From positions 1,228,579 through 1,292,578 of the forward strand of contig CAVRJV010000014.1 in NCBI GenBank assembly GCA_963721485.1: a stretch of 64,000 nucleotides of DNA, read 5' to 3'. The first letter of the stretch is position 1. The number at the start of each line of letters is the position of its first letter. Below, piece by piece: positions 1 through 10,635 of this stretch. This DNA comes from an uncultured delta proteobacterium. Its GTDB lineage: Bacteria; Desulfobacterota; Binatia; Binatales; Binataceae. A program made the translations under genes and the position numbers. Under the pieces are notes generated by a model. The model was given only the letters and a program-made list of their open reading frames with translations, had not been told where the DNA came from and did no database searches.

Positions 1-429
1 TTCGACAGGGCAACCAGGAGCAAGTCGAGGCAGTGCTGAAGGAAATCGATTCCATGCCCGAAGGCGAGCTGGCAGTCGGGCTGGCGCGCGCAAGGATACG
101 TTTGAATCATTCTGACCAGCAGGGCGCGGAACGGATTCTGCGCGAACTCTGCGGCCGTTACCCGACCAACCACGAAGCCTGGATGCAGTTGGCGAATGTG
201 GAATTCGATCTCAAACAGTATGAGCAGGCGCTGACCTGCTACCAGCGGGCCGGCGAGGGTTGGTTTGCGAGATACGACGACTGCATCTTTCGATAGCCCA
301 AACGCTCCAGGCGATGGGCCGCGACCGCGAGGCGCTCGATCAATGCCGGCTGGCGGAGGCGATGGGGCCCCACGATTGGCGGCTAAAGTTCGCTTGCGCC
401 AAACTCCGAACGATATTGGGAGTAAGTAG
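1..429 (+). pseudogene. 3' end of a TPR-tailed GT-C-type membrane glycosyltransferase paralog, frameshifted
   Basis: Frame 3 from the window start reads KEIDSMPEGELAVGLARARIRL...QYEQALTCYQRA. This is colinear with the C-terminal TPR part of the 6794..9052 product (EVESMPEGELAVGLEQVEIRL...). Homology continues in frame 2 (LQAMGRDREALDQCRLA vs LHTLGRDREALKQCRLA), so there is at least one frameshift near 270-290. A second is needed before the expected stop (TAG 427-429). Confidence 0.55.
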
Positions 430-469
430 CGGCCGATTCGATCCCTCAATGGTCGTCGCAATCGCCATC

Positions 470-1692
470 GTGAGTCAAGCCAATCCACAAGAGCGCCGAC
501 GCGCTGCCAGAGCCTGCGAAGCGCTTTTACCTTCCGGAACTTGACGTTCTTCGATTTTTCGCTTTTTTCGCTGTTTTTGTTTTTCACCTACCAACGCTGG
601 ACACCCTTTCTTCTACGAACGATCACGGCGCTACTTGGCAGTCTTGGCAACTGCCGGGGCTTTCGGCGTGGACCTGTTCTTCACATTGAGCGGCTACCTG
701 ATAACCAGGCTGCTGCTCAGGGAACGGAACAGACCGGAGATATCAACCTCAAAGCGTTTTACGTCCGGCGAACCCTGAGGATCTGGCCGCTATACTACTT
801 TTCTCTGGCATTGGCATTTCTTCTCACGCGGCTCCCGGCGTCGATCGACCTCGGCGCCGCCATTCCTCGCCAATGTTTTCGCGCCTATGCCGGCTGATCG
901 GCTACTTCTTCATGGCGATATTTGTCTGTTCAACTTCAATTTCGCTAATGGCTCTCTTTTGACTAATCCGCTGTCCCTTCATGGCTCATCTCTGGAGTCT
1001 CTCGGTCGAAGAACAGTTCTATCTGTTTTGGCCGTGGTTTGCGCGATACATTCCGCGCAGGCGAATCGTTATCATTCCTATACTCATGATTGCGGTGGCC
1101 TGCGTCACTGCGCGCGACTTTGAATTTCGACATGCAGAGGCTGATGTGGAACAACACTTTCATACGTCTTGATCCTATAGCGGTGGGAATTTTGATAGCA
1201 CTTATGCCAGCGCTTAATCCGGGCGCCTACTCTTCGATTGGTGCTGTTGCATCGGCTTTGCGAGTTGGGTGTTCGCCGCCGTGTTACTGTGGAATACCTA
1301 TTGAGAGGTTGAGTACAGCACACTCAAAATATCGATGGGTTTTCCCGCGATTGCACTTGGCAGCGGTGCTTTCCTGCTGGCGACGTTGGGGACAAAGAGC
1401 CTTAGCTCAAGCTCCGCGCTGGTTCGTCGCCTGGTCTATCTGGGCAAGATTTCCTATGGCCTCTATGTGTACAACACGATCGCAACTTTAACAGCCATGC
1501 TGTTCCTGTATCGTGGCGCATTTGGGACTGCTTGTGGCTGGGGTTGGCCGCCTGGACGGCGTGCACTTCTACGATACTGCTTGCATTCGGCCTAAACGTA
1601 GCGATTGGCCGCGGTCTTCGTACCGGTGGCTGGAAGCACCTTTCTTGCGGCTGAAAGAGCGATTCACCCGCGTCCCGTCGCGCGCAGTCTGA
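470..1692 (+). pseudogene. acyltransferase family 3 (OafA/YrhL-type), tandem copy 1, heavily frameshifted
   Basis: The start block gtgagtcaagc is shared with copies at 1718 and 2944. Motifs FYLPELDVLRFFAFFAV, GVDLFFTLSGYLIT, RRTLRIWPLYYF, LWSLSVEEQFYLFWPW, YLGKISYGLYVY and a C-terminal LKERF are all present. They are scattered over all three + frames (ORFs 541-897, 981-1172, 1090-1491, 1335-1595), which needs at least 5 frame changes. Confidence 0.8.
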
Positions 1693-1717
1693 GCAATTGG
1701 GCGAAGTAGTCTCAGTC

Positions 1718-2920
1718 GTGAGTCAAGCAATACAACAGAACGCCGGCACGCGGGCAAAGCATGCGGAGCGCTTTTACCTGCCGGAACTTGACGTTCTGAG
1801 ATTTTTCGCGTTTTTCGCAGTTTTCGTTTGTCACGTAGCACCCAGCGGGCCTTACTTCTACGAGAGTCACGGCGTGCTTGGCCGTCTGGGCGTTTCCGGA
1901 GCTTTCGGCGTGGACCTGTTCTTCACATTGAGCGGCTACCTGATAACCAGTCTGCTGCTCAGGGAGCGCGAACAGAGTGGAGACATCAATCTTAAGGCGT
2001 TTTACGCGCGGCGAACCCTGAGGATCTGGCCGCTATACTACTTTTCTCTGGCATTGGCTTTTCTTCTCACGCAGATTCCGGCGTCGATCATCGCGGCGCC
2101 GCCATTCCTCGGCGATCTCTTTGCGCCCATGCGTCTGATTAGCTACTTCTTCATGGCGATTTTTCTATTCAACTTCAATTTCAGCTAATTCTCTTCGACC
2201 AATCCGTTTCCGTTCATGAGCTCATCTCTGGAGCATCTCGGTCGAAGAACAGTTCTACCTGTTTTGGCCGTGGTTTGCACGATACATTCCGCGCAGGCGC
2301 ATCGTCATCATTCCTTTCGTGATGATTACGGTTGCTTGCGTCGCGCGCGCGGTTATCTGCAGGCTCAACCCGCTTGGACTCCCCTGGAACAACACATTCA
2401 CACGGCTGGATCCTATTGCGATAGGAATTCTGATAGCGCTCCTGCCGAGGTTGAATCCGCAGCCCGCGATTCGCCTCGTGCTGGTTGTTGCGGGATTCGC
2501 GACCTGGATATTCGCCGCCTACTACTGTGGAGTACCCTTTCGGCAAACCACGCTAAGCATATCGATGGGTTATCCGGCGATAGCTCTTGGAAGTGGCGCT
2601 TTCCTGCTGGCGACCTTGGGGGCAAAGAGTTTCAGATCTGTTACGCGATCGTTCGCTACCTGGTCTATCTAGGCAAGATTTCCTATGGCCTCTACGTGTA
2701 CGATTTGATCGCAATTTCCACAGCGCGGCTATTACTGTTTCGCGGGGCATTTGGGGTGCTTGTGCCTGGAAGTTGGGGGTCGTGGCCGTTGTCATTTCTC
2801 TGCATACTGTTTGCACTCGGCTTAAACATAGCGCTGGCCGCGGCCTCGTACCGGTGGCTGGAATCTCCATTCCTGCGCCTGAAAGAGCGATTCGCGCGCG
2901 TCCAGACCCGGGAAGTCTGA
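1718..2920 (+). pseudogene. acyltransferase family 3, tandem copy 2, disrupted
   Basis: The N-terminal ~157 codons are intact (to 2188). Then there is an in-frame TAA at 2186-2188 and an extra base near 2219 (atgAgctcat vs atggctcat in copy 1). The middle lies in frame 3 (ORF 2319..2672) and the C-terminus is back in frame 2 (LVYLGKISYGLYVY...SYRWLESPFLRLKERF, ending 2920). Confidence 0.8.
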
Positions 2921-2943
2921 GGGTTCCGGAATGAGTCTCAGCC

Positions 2944-4147
2944 GTGAGTCAAGCAATAGACAAAAAAGCCCGCATCCCGTCAGTGTCTGCACAACGTTTT
3001 TACCTTCCGGAACTTGACGTTCTTCGATTCTTCGCCTTTTTCGCTGTTTTCATTCATCACTTGCCGGTCCCGTTTGTGAATAACTTTTACGATAGGCCGG
3101 GCGTGCTTGGCACCATTGGCAGCGCTGGAGCTTTCGGGGTGGACCTGTTTTTCACGCTGAGCGGCTACCTGATAACGGGCCTGCTGCTCAGAGAACGGGA
3201 ACGAGACCGGGAATATCAACATGAGGGCGTTTTATGCCCGCCGAACGTTGAGGATATGGCCTCTATACTACTTTTCCATCGGACTGGGGTTTTTCCTTAC
3301 GCTTCTTCCCACGTCGATCACCTCGGCGCCGCCGCTCATCCGCGAAATCTTCGCGCCTCTGAAGCCGAGCGGCTATTTTTTCATGGCGATCTTTCTTTTC
3401 AACTTCAATTTCCGTAATTCCGTATTGACCGATCCGCTGTCGTTCCTGGCTATTCTCTGGACCATTTCGCTCGAGGAGCAGTTCTATCTGTTCTGGCCCT
3501 GGTTCGTGAGGCACGCGTCGCGAGAAAGGATCGCTATCGTTGCAATAGCTATGGTTGCGGTTGCTTGCGTCGTGCGCGCGTCTTTGACGTTCGATCTCAA
3601 CAGGCTTATCTGGAACTACACCTTCGCACGCCTTGATCCTTTTGCGGCCGGAATTTTGATAGCAGTCCTGCCCGCGCTCAATCCGAGGCTGGCGACGCGC
3701 TTGATGCTGGTGCTGCTCGGCATCGCGAGCTGGATATTCGCCGCGTCTTACTGCGGAGTACCCTATCAGAATGGCAACCTGTATATAGGCCTGGGCTATC
3801 CAGCGATCGCGCTTGGAAGCGGAGCATTCGTGCTGGCGGCGATAGGCGCACAGAGTCTCAGAAAGAACTCAGCTCCGGTTTCATTCCTGGTCTATCTGGG
3901 GAAGATTTCCTACGGACTCTATGTGTACGACGCGATCGCGATAGGTACATCGGCGTTGTTGTTGTATCGCGGAGCACATGGATTGTTTGTGGCCTCCGGA
4001 TTGGCGTTGTCGACAACGTTGCCCGTCTTCATACCACTCGCGTTCGGCTTAAACGTAGCGCTGGCCGCAGCCTCCTACCGATGGCTGGAAGCTCCGTTCT
4101 TGAGGCTGAAGGAGCGATTCACGCGCGTCCCTTCGCGTGCCGTCTGA
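2944..4147 (+). pseudogene. acyltransferase family 3, tandem copy 3, single frameshift
   Basis: Full-length, ~400 codons, with one lesion. One extra base near 3205 (34 nt here vs 33 nt in copy 2 across the RERE..INLKAFY block) shifts frame 1 (2944-3204) to frame 2 (ORF 3221..4147). All family motifs are present. Confidence 0.7.
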
Positions 4148-5573
4148 ACAAGTCCGTAAGAACGACACATGTCAGGATCACATAGAATGGATCGGCAACG
4201 AATCGCATGCGATTGTTTTCACCGCAATTGAGCGCAATTCCGGTGAAACCGACGAACAACACTGATATGGCGAGAAACAGCAGCGTCACTTCCTCAGGGG
4301 TTTTCGCTCCGCGACGCAGAATGAGAGCGGTACGAAATCCGGCCCATAACGACAGGCAAGTCAGGTAAGTCATAAGCACAATCGAAGTGCTGAAGCCCAC
4401 CCAATTTTCGGGCGCATTGCGATTCCTCACAAAGCCCAGTCGCGTTTTGACTGTTGCGAGTGGTAGCTCGTACAGAAATATCCAGCTGCCGAGCCCTTTC
4501 TTTTGAGCCCTGAAAGTGTCCCCGACATTGCCAGCAGGCTGAAAGTAGGCCTCAACAGCTACGGCGAGGCCGCGCGCATACGCTGAAGGACGATTGCGGA
4601 GTACCCACATCGCGTCGCGGAAATCTAGTCTCGACAGATTGATATAGGCGATGTTGTTGAAGTTGGGCTCAGCGGGAATTGTCTGTTTGAGTGCCTGGTC
4701 CAATGCAGGAACTCCTGTCGGCGGCGAACTATTAGGTGGAAGGTCGGAGAAAGGCACCGTCGAGGCGAGCGGAGAAAGTGTTCCGGCCTTCACCAGATCC
4801 TGCCGATCTTCGAGCGGTAACTGGAAGGTCGTCATCGTCGACAAGTTCATCCCGAACCATGAGCTGGTGGTGAAAACACCGAACACGAGCGCGTTTTTCA
4901 CGTACAGCGCAAATAGCAGTACCAGAAGGATTGTGAAGGACGGCACGAGACGGCGAAGCTTTTCCTGCGCGGCGAACCAAAGCGCGAAGCCCGCAGCGAT
5001 AAACCAGACGATCTGAAAGCTGGAATTCGCGAAAACAGGAAGAGCCATAGCTGCTGTGCAGGCGATTCCCCATCTGAGAGCTCCGCGAGACACAAACCGG
5101 TGCAGGCAAAATGCGGAGAGGCACAGAAAGAATATTGTCGGATAGGTGTCGTAGAACCAGTTTTCAAACATCAGGGTCGCCGGGCCGATCTCGAAAAGCA
5201 CGGTCGCAATCAAAGCGAGCCAGACAGGTACGCCCAGATCAATCCCGAGTGAAAGCATCATGAGCGCAATTGCCAAGCCCATCGCCGCGAAGAGGCCTTG
5301 GAAAAAGACATTCGCTGACAATGGAAACGCTTTCAGACCGGCTCCGAGAAGGAAGTTCATGCCCGGCGGCTGGCTGTGAAGGTAGTACAAGCTCTGCCAG
5401 TAGTCGGATCTGAGAATGTTAGGGTCAAGGAACTGCATGAACCATGTGTTCAGCGTGAAGCGATCGGGAGAAAAATAGAGCGACCGCGATATCACGAAAG
5501 CTACAACGACTGCGGCGAATGCGCTGCGGGGGGTTATGAAATGCGAGCCCGGATTTCCGTTCTTGGTTTCCAT
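4119..5573 (-). CDS. polytopic membrane protein, GT-C-like putative glycosyltransferase
   Basis: 484-aa ORF with many hydrophobic helices and an HSQPPG loop motif after the first helix, reminiscent of the hPPL loop of PMT_2/GT-C enzymes. It sits 3 nt downstream of 5577..6740 on the same strand. Its 3' end overlaps the convergent acyltransferase copy 3 by 29 bp. Function is a weak inference. Confidence 0.45.
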   Translation of the reverse strand: METKNGNPGSHFITPRSAFAAVVVAFVISRSLYFSPDRFTLNTWFMQFLDPNILRSDYWQSLYYLHSQPPGMNFLLGAGLKAFPLSANVFFQGLFAAMGLAIALMMLSLGIDLGVPVWLALIATVLFEIGPATLMFENWFYDTYPTIFFLCLSAFCLHRFVSRGALRWGIACTAAMALPVFANSSFQIVWFIAAGFALWFAAQEKLRRLVPSFTILLVLLFALYVKNALVFGVFTTSSWFGMNLSTMTTFQLPLEDRQDLVKAGTLSPLASTVPFSDLPPNSSPPTGVPALDQALKQTIPAEPNFNNIAYINLSRLDFRDAMWVLRNRPSAYARGLAVAVEAYFQPAGNVGDTFRAQKKGLGSWIFLYELPLATVKTRLGFVRNRNAPENWVGFSTSIVLMTYLTCLSLWAGFRTALILRRGAKTPEEVTLLFLAISVLFVGFTGIALNCGENNRMRFVADPFYVILTCVVLTDLFRRHAKGRA

Positions 5574-5576
5574 CGT

Positions 5577-6740
5577 TCAACGCATCGGCACTTGAGTCAC
5601 GATCGGCCGATAGATTGACATATCCGCAACGAGATTAAAGAACTTCAGCGAATTACATGTATAGGTCACGACCAGGGTGCCCGGCACCGTTTCGAACGAC
5701 GTATGTTCCTTCGCCGCGTAGCAAAAAATGCGCTTGCGCCGCGTTCGGCGCGTGTGCATCTCCGCAATGCTCATGAGCGATCGATACGGTGACCACGGAC
5801 CGTCGATCCGTTCGGCGGTCCGCGTTCCGATTTGACCGGTAGCGAATCCGGGTTGCTGCTGCACCATCACCCACCTGGCCATCTTGCGATGGTATCGAAC
5901 ACTGAAATCGGTTTGCCCACGAGCAACCAGTTCTTCGGCATCGTCGCCAATCGGTGCGCCTCTCCATTTTCCGCCCGCGGCCAGGTACTCGAGCGACTCA
6001 GCCGGATGGCCGAGACGGTCGAGGCCGATGCGCGTTAGGATAATGGTCTGACGGTTATCGCGCCGATGGTACATCGCGCCGAACATGTAGACGTACGGGG
6101 GCCGGAGAACGATGGAAACGCCGGGGAAGGTATCATGCCTCCTCGAAAGCGAGGTATAGCTGATGGACCATTTGTCGGGCTCCGCGTCCGGGTTCGCGAC
6201 CTTCGCAAGGTCGACTCCCGTGACCTTGAATCCAAATGGCTTCGCGGCGTTGGTGATTTCCACCCGGAGCAGCGCCACGTACAGCGTTTTCTCGTCGAGA
6301 AATCCGTCCAGCGGCCAATACCGGAACGCGCGCGTTCCGCTATCGAAGAAGGCGCTATTGGCGCGGGCTTTGCGGCCGTGCGCCGTACGCCGCCAGTGGT
6401 ATTCGATTGACCATTTGCCCATGCGGCATGAAGAGATAGCGATCGTATTCGCAACCATCGCGGAGCCGGCGCGCGTCCGCTTGCCCGGCCTGGAGACAAA
6501 CGAGTCGCCGAACAGCCAGGCCTCACGCTCGGGAGCCAAAGGAATCGAAGAGCCGCCATCGCCTCCGAGCCATCCGCCTTTGTACGGAAACGAAGGCATG
6601 CACGTCTCGGCCCGCGCCGCCGAGGAATTCGTAAAAGCGCAAACAATCGCGCCGCACGCAGCGATTGCAACGAAGGCATAGTGATCGATCAGATTTCGCC
6701 ATGTTTGAAAACTGGTTTTATGCATGAACCAATTGTTCAA
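5577..6740 (-). CDS. secreted DUF4185-like protein (putative glycoside hydrolase fold)
   Basis: 387-aa ORF with an N-terminal signal/anchor (HYAFVAIAACGAIVCAF..AARA). Motifs GGDGGSSIPL and WLFGDSF resemble DUF4185, a family that includes a mycobacterial galactofuranosidase. Assigned by eye only. Confidence 0.4.
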   Translation of the reverse strand: MNNWFMHKTSFQTWRNLIDHYAFVAIAACGAIVCAFTNSSAARAETCMPSFPYKGGWLGGDGGSSIPLAPEREAWLFGDSFVSRPGKRTRAGSAMVANTIAISSCRMGKWSIEYHWRRTAHGRKARANSAFFDSGTRAFRYWPLDGFLDEKTLYVALLRVEITNAAKPFGFKVTGVDLAKVANPDAEPDKWSISYTSLSRRHDTFPGVSIVLRPPYVYMFGAMYHRRDNRQTIILTRIGLDRLGHPAESLEYLAAGGKWRGAPIGDDAEELVARGQTDFSVRYHRKMARWVMVQQQPGFATGQIGTRTAERIDGPWSPYRSLMSIAEMHTRRTRRKRIFCYAAKEHTSFETVPGTLVVTYTCNSLKFFNLVADMSIYRPIVTQVPMR

Positions 6741-6793
6741 GAGGCCGTCGCGCAGACTTAATCACGCGCGGTCTCGGTCCGTGCCGTACCATT

Positions 6794-9052
6794 TTGAAAA
6801 ACAAGGAGGTGCTGGCTAGAATCCCTGGCGTGAATTGGCCGAAGCAAGAGCAGGGCTCTGAACAACTTCGAATCGAAAGTACTTGGTCCGCAGACTCAAG
6901 CGTACCTCTATGGCCGGCGTGGCCGCGTTGGCTCACCCGCGAGAACGCGATCCTGTGCTGCATACTCGTGGTCACGTCAGCAGCGTACCTCAGATGCCTC
7001 GGCAATGCGTTCGTCCTCGATGACGTGCCGATGCTGCTCAAAAATCCTGATCTCAGCGAATCGTCGTTTCTGTGGAAAGCATTCACCAGAGAAGAGTTCT
7101 GGTACACGGATGCTACCTTCCTGCCGCACTTCCGTAACTATCGGCCGCTGTTGCTGGTCTGGTACTGGATCGACAATCGGCTGTTCGGGTTAAATCCGGC
7201 GCCGTGGCACGCGTCGATTGTAATAGTTCATCTTGTCGCGGTCTGGCTCGTGTTCAAGATTGCCAGGCGCCTTGCCGATGACTCAACCACTGCGCTGCTG
7301 GCTGCTAGCTTCTTTGCGCTGACCCCTGTCCACGTAGCGGCGGTGGTGTGGATGGCCGGAGCGGGGTTCGCCCTCGCGACCGCGTTTGGACTGGCGGCGT
7401 TTTGTCTCGTGATTTCAGATACACAGTTTCCCGCGCGCGATTGGCTGGCAGCGATTGGGCTTTACGCCTGCGCTCTTTTGTCGCATGAAAGCGCGATCGC
7501 GTTTCCAGCGTTGGTCGCCGCTTATGCCTTCATCCTCGCACAGCCGGAACCCTCGTCGCTCTGGGTTCGCACGCGCCGAGCCCTGATCTGGTCTGTGCCC
7601 TTTGCCGGCGAAGTTCTCATATACCTTGGCTTAAGGAAACTGGTACTGGGATTCTTCATCAGCAATCCTTACGATCCAGCCAATCTTCTGACGAGCACGC
7701 AGGTTGCCCTCACCGTACCGCAGGTATTCGTCGCCTACCTTGTGGACCTGGTGATGCCGTGGAGGACGCTACCCGGCGATGACACGCTGCCGGTCTCTGC
7801 CGTGTCATCGCCGCAATTCTGGCGACCGCTCGCAGATATGGCGCTGATCGCCACTGCCTTTCTTGCTGTCGCAATCCGCAGCCCCAAACGCCGACTTTAT
7901 CTGTTTTGCGAAGCATGGATGGCAATCACACTCGCTCCGATGATGCTGTTGCACTCGGTCTATCACTTGGTTCAGGACTACTACCTTTATCTGCCCTCGG
8001 TTGGGTGGAGCATTTTGCTTGGCGACCTGGTAGTAGTCATAGCCCGCAAGAACATGCTTGCCCTCCGACTCGCATTCGGCGGCGCAGCTGTCATGCTCAT
8101 CGTGTATGCAGCGTTCTTATGGAAGGTGCAGTACTTCTGGCACGACGATACGAGCGCAGCCATGGGCTATGTCGAAGGCTCTCCCCGATCCATCGCCTGG
8201 CGGCTGACCCTGGCGACCGACCTCGAAAAACAACGGCAGTTCAAGCAGGCCGAAGATCAACTTCGTACCGCCCTGCGCCTCGAACCGGACGCTACCGGCA
8301 CGCTTTATCCCAATTCGCGCGTGGTGCATGCCGTTCTCGGCGAAATCTTGTTCGAGGACGGCAGCATCGACGCAGCCGAATCGGAGCTCCGGCTGAGCGC
8401 GAGCAGTCTTGCCGATGAGGGCGATCCCGCGATCGCAACATCTCTACGCGACTACATCGACGAAACCACGGCTCTGTACCGCAGAGGCGTTCGCGATCAG
8501 GAAGCGGGCCGCACTCAGCAGGCAACAGCCGAACTCAGTCAGGCAATCGCGTCGATTAATCGCGTTCCAGCAAGAGGTTTCGGCGCGCCAGCATTGTACT
8601 ATATCCCGCTGCTGCAGCTCTATGATTCCGTCGGAGATCGCCGGCACTTCCAGTCGTTAACCAAGGAAGTCGAGTCAATGCCGGAAGGCGAACTGGCTGT
8701 TGGTTTGGAACAGGTCGAGATCCGCCTGCAACGGTCTGACAAGATCGGCGCTGAGCAAGCGCTGCGTGAACTTATGAATCGTTACCCGGATAACGATCAA
8801 CTGCTGATGAAACTGGGCAACCTGCAGGCCGATCTTAATCAAAACCAACAAGCGCTGGAATCCTATAGTCGCATTTCGCATTGGTTTGGACATCCAAATC
8901 TATATGCCGTCAGGGCAAAATCGCTGCATACCTTGGGTCGAGACCGCGAAGCGCTCAAACAATGTCGATTGGCACTCGCTTCGGCCCTGCCCAGCGATCA
9001 TGAGACGCAGTTCATTTGCACCAAGATCAGAGCTGAGCTTGGGAGTAGATAA
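6794..9052 (+). CDS. GT-C fold membrane glycosyltransferase with C-terminal TPR domain (TMTC/PMT-like layout)
   Basis: 752-aa ORF. The first loop has the FVLDD motif, followed by FRNYRPLLLVWYWIDNRLFG and ~10 hydrophobic helices. The C-terminal ~280 aa are TPR-like (QFKQAEDQLRTALRLEPD..., NQNQQALESYSRI). The exact start is uncertain (TTG at 6794). Confidence 0.65.
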   Translation: MKNKEVLARIPGVNWPKQEQGSEQLRIESTWSADSSVPLWPAWPRWLTRENAILCCILVVTSAAYLRCLGNAFVLDDVPMLLKNPDLSESSFLWKAFTREEFWYTDATFLPHFRNYRPLLLVWYWIDNRLFGLNPAPWHASIVIVHLVAVWLVFKIARRLADDSTTALLAASFFALTPVHVAAVVWMAGAGFALATAFGLAAFCLVISDTQFPARDWLAAIGLYACALLSHESAIAFPALVAAYAFILAQPEPSSLWVRTRRALIWSVPFAGEVLIYLGLRKLVLGFFISNPYDPANLLTSTQVALTVPQVFVAYLVDLVMPWRTLPGDDTLPVSAVSSPQFWRPLADMALIATAFLAVAIRSPKRRLYLFCEAWMAITLAPMMLLHSVYHLVQDYYLYLPSVGWSILLGDLVVVIARKNMLALRLAFGGAAVMLIVYAAFLWKVQYFWHDDTSAAMGYVEGSPRSIAWRLTLATDLEKQRQFKQAEDQLRTALRLEPDATGTLYPNSRVVHAVLGEILFEDGSIDAAESELRLSASSLADEGDPAIATSLRDYIDETTALYRRGVRDQEAGRTQQATAELSQAIASINRVPARGFGAPALYYIPLLQLYDSVGDRRHFQSLTKEVESMPEGELAVGLEQVEIRLQRSDKIGAEQALRELMNRYPDNDQLLMKLGNLQADLNQNQQALESYSRISHWFGHPNLYAVRAKSLHTLGRDREALKQCRLALASALPSDHETQFICTKIRAELGSR

Positions 9053-9064
9053 CCATTGTACTAG

Positions 9065-10622
9065 CTATCGAGGAGTGGCAACACCGGTCGGATTTACCGC
9101 GAAGGGTGTAGCCAGCACTATCACACCTCGAAACCGCGCCATTTGCAAAGGGTAATAACGGCGTACCTTTGAAAAATTCTGAGGAAAAAGAGTCTCAGCG
9201 GTGTCAGCGAGAATCAGCACCTGTGCCCTGTGATCGTCGCTCAAAAGGTTCTGAGCTATGTGATCATTTCGCGAGTAGTAGATCACGGCAAACCTACCAT
9301 AGCTTGGAACAACATTTACCGGTCGCCCGGCCTTGAGCTCTGGCAAAACTGTCGCCGTCGCTTCGCGCCACTGCACCCCCCACTCAACGTCGCCAGAGCT
9401 GGAGTCATAGGAATCAATTCGGACACCGGCGAAAACAATTAGCAGCAAAAACGCTACGATTCGAGCTCTCGACTCCCCCAGTTCCCATATTCCGAGTCCT
9501 ATCAGCATACACGTCGGCACGATGCAGCTCGGTGCCCATCGGTGCGCAAAGAGAGGAGTCCATGAATAGATGGTGTCTACCATGAGCATCATCGGGCCCA
9601 GGACGAACACCAGCGGAACAAGTGGAATAAACATCCATAGCAGGGCAAAGCTCACTCCTTCAGAATGTTTCCGCCAGCCGCGAATTGCTCCCCAGACGGC
9701 CAGCGCGAGCGTGAGATACACGATAGGACTGTAAAGCGCGGGGCGAAGAAAGCTCGCTACGTAGTCGGTCAGGTAACCCGGCTTGATCCAGCTGAAGGAC
9801 CCCTCATTCTCGACCCAAAGACGCCAAGGAGTTAGAAAGGCTACGATCACTCCTGACGCCACAAGCGTCATAGTGACATGCCGGGCGTGGGGCCAGCGCG
9901 TCGCGCCGGGCCGCAGTTCATACAGCAAACCTAGAGCTTCCGCTACGAAAACCGGAACGGCGATCAGACTCGTTGCTGTCGCAACAATCGAAAATAGAAC
10001 AACCCATGTATGGTTTAAGAACCCTCCTCGACGAACACTGTTCAGAAAAAACCAGATTTGTAATAGTGTCGCGGTCAACATCAGTTCGTACATTCGGCCT
10101 TCTCGCGAATATCGGATGGCGACCAGATTGATCGCGAAAACAAAAGCACTTAATGCTGCAATAGCACTTCTTTCGCAAACAAAGGGCGGGACGCTTATGT
10201 CTTTTTCGCCGACAAAGAGCTCCCCTCGTCACAACAAACACTAATACGATCGCAATTGTGCCGAGCAGCGCTGACATTGCTCGGATCGAGACGACACTGT
10301 CTCCAAAGGCAAGCATCCAGAAGTGCAGCACCAGTTCATAAGCCGCCAATCTGCCCGGGTTGAAGAACAGTCCTTGATGAATTACCTGACCCACGGTCGG
10401 TGCAGACGCGGCCAGCCACGATGGCGCTTCGTCAGCCGTCAGTTCGAGTGCTCCGAGATCACGGAACCGCAACCATGCGCCGACCAACATCGCAGCTGCA
10501 AGAATACCCCCATTCAGCACGCCGGAAAAAGAAATCAGCGATTTGAGACTGGCCCCGTCGTTCATCGTTTGGTTGCGGTCAATTGAAGGCTTAGGAATAG
10601 GGGCTCTAAGGTTCGATTGCAT
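9065..10622 (-). pseudogene. GT39/PMT_2 (ArnT-like) glycosyltransferase, one frameshift
   Basis: The N-terminal ~130 aa (ADEAPSW, FGDSVVSIRAMSALLGTIAIVLVFVV) are in one frame. The remaining ~380 aa are in the frame of ORF 9065..10093, which stays open back to ~10230 (ELFVGEKD...IRYSREGRMYELML). The halves join only with a 1-nt change at the CCCC run at 10222-10225. Confidence 0.65.
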
Positions 10623-10635
10623 GGATCGTAAGGAG

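Noticed and set aside
3190-3225. Programmed +1/-1 frameshift as an explanation for the single lesion in acyltransferase copy 3.
   Set aside because: No slippery heptamer or downstream structure is evident at cgagaccgggaatatc. The two sister copies are plainly decayed, so a simple mutation or read error is more parsimonious.
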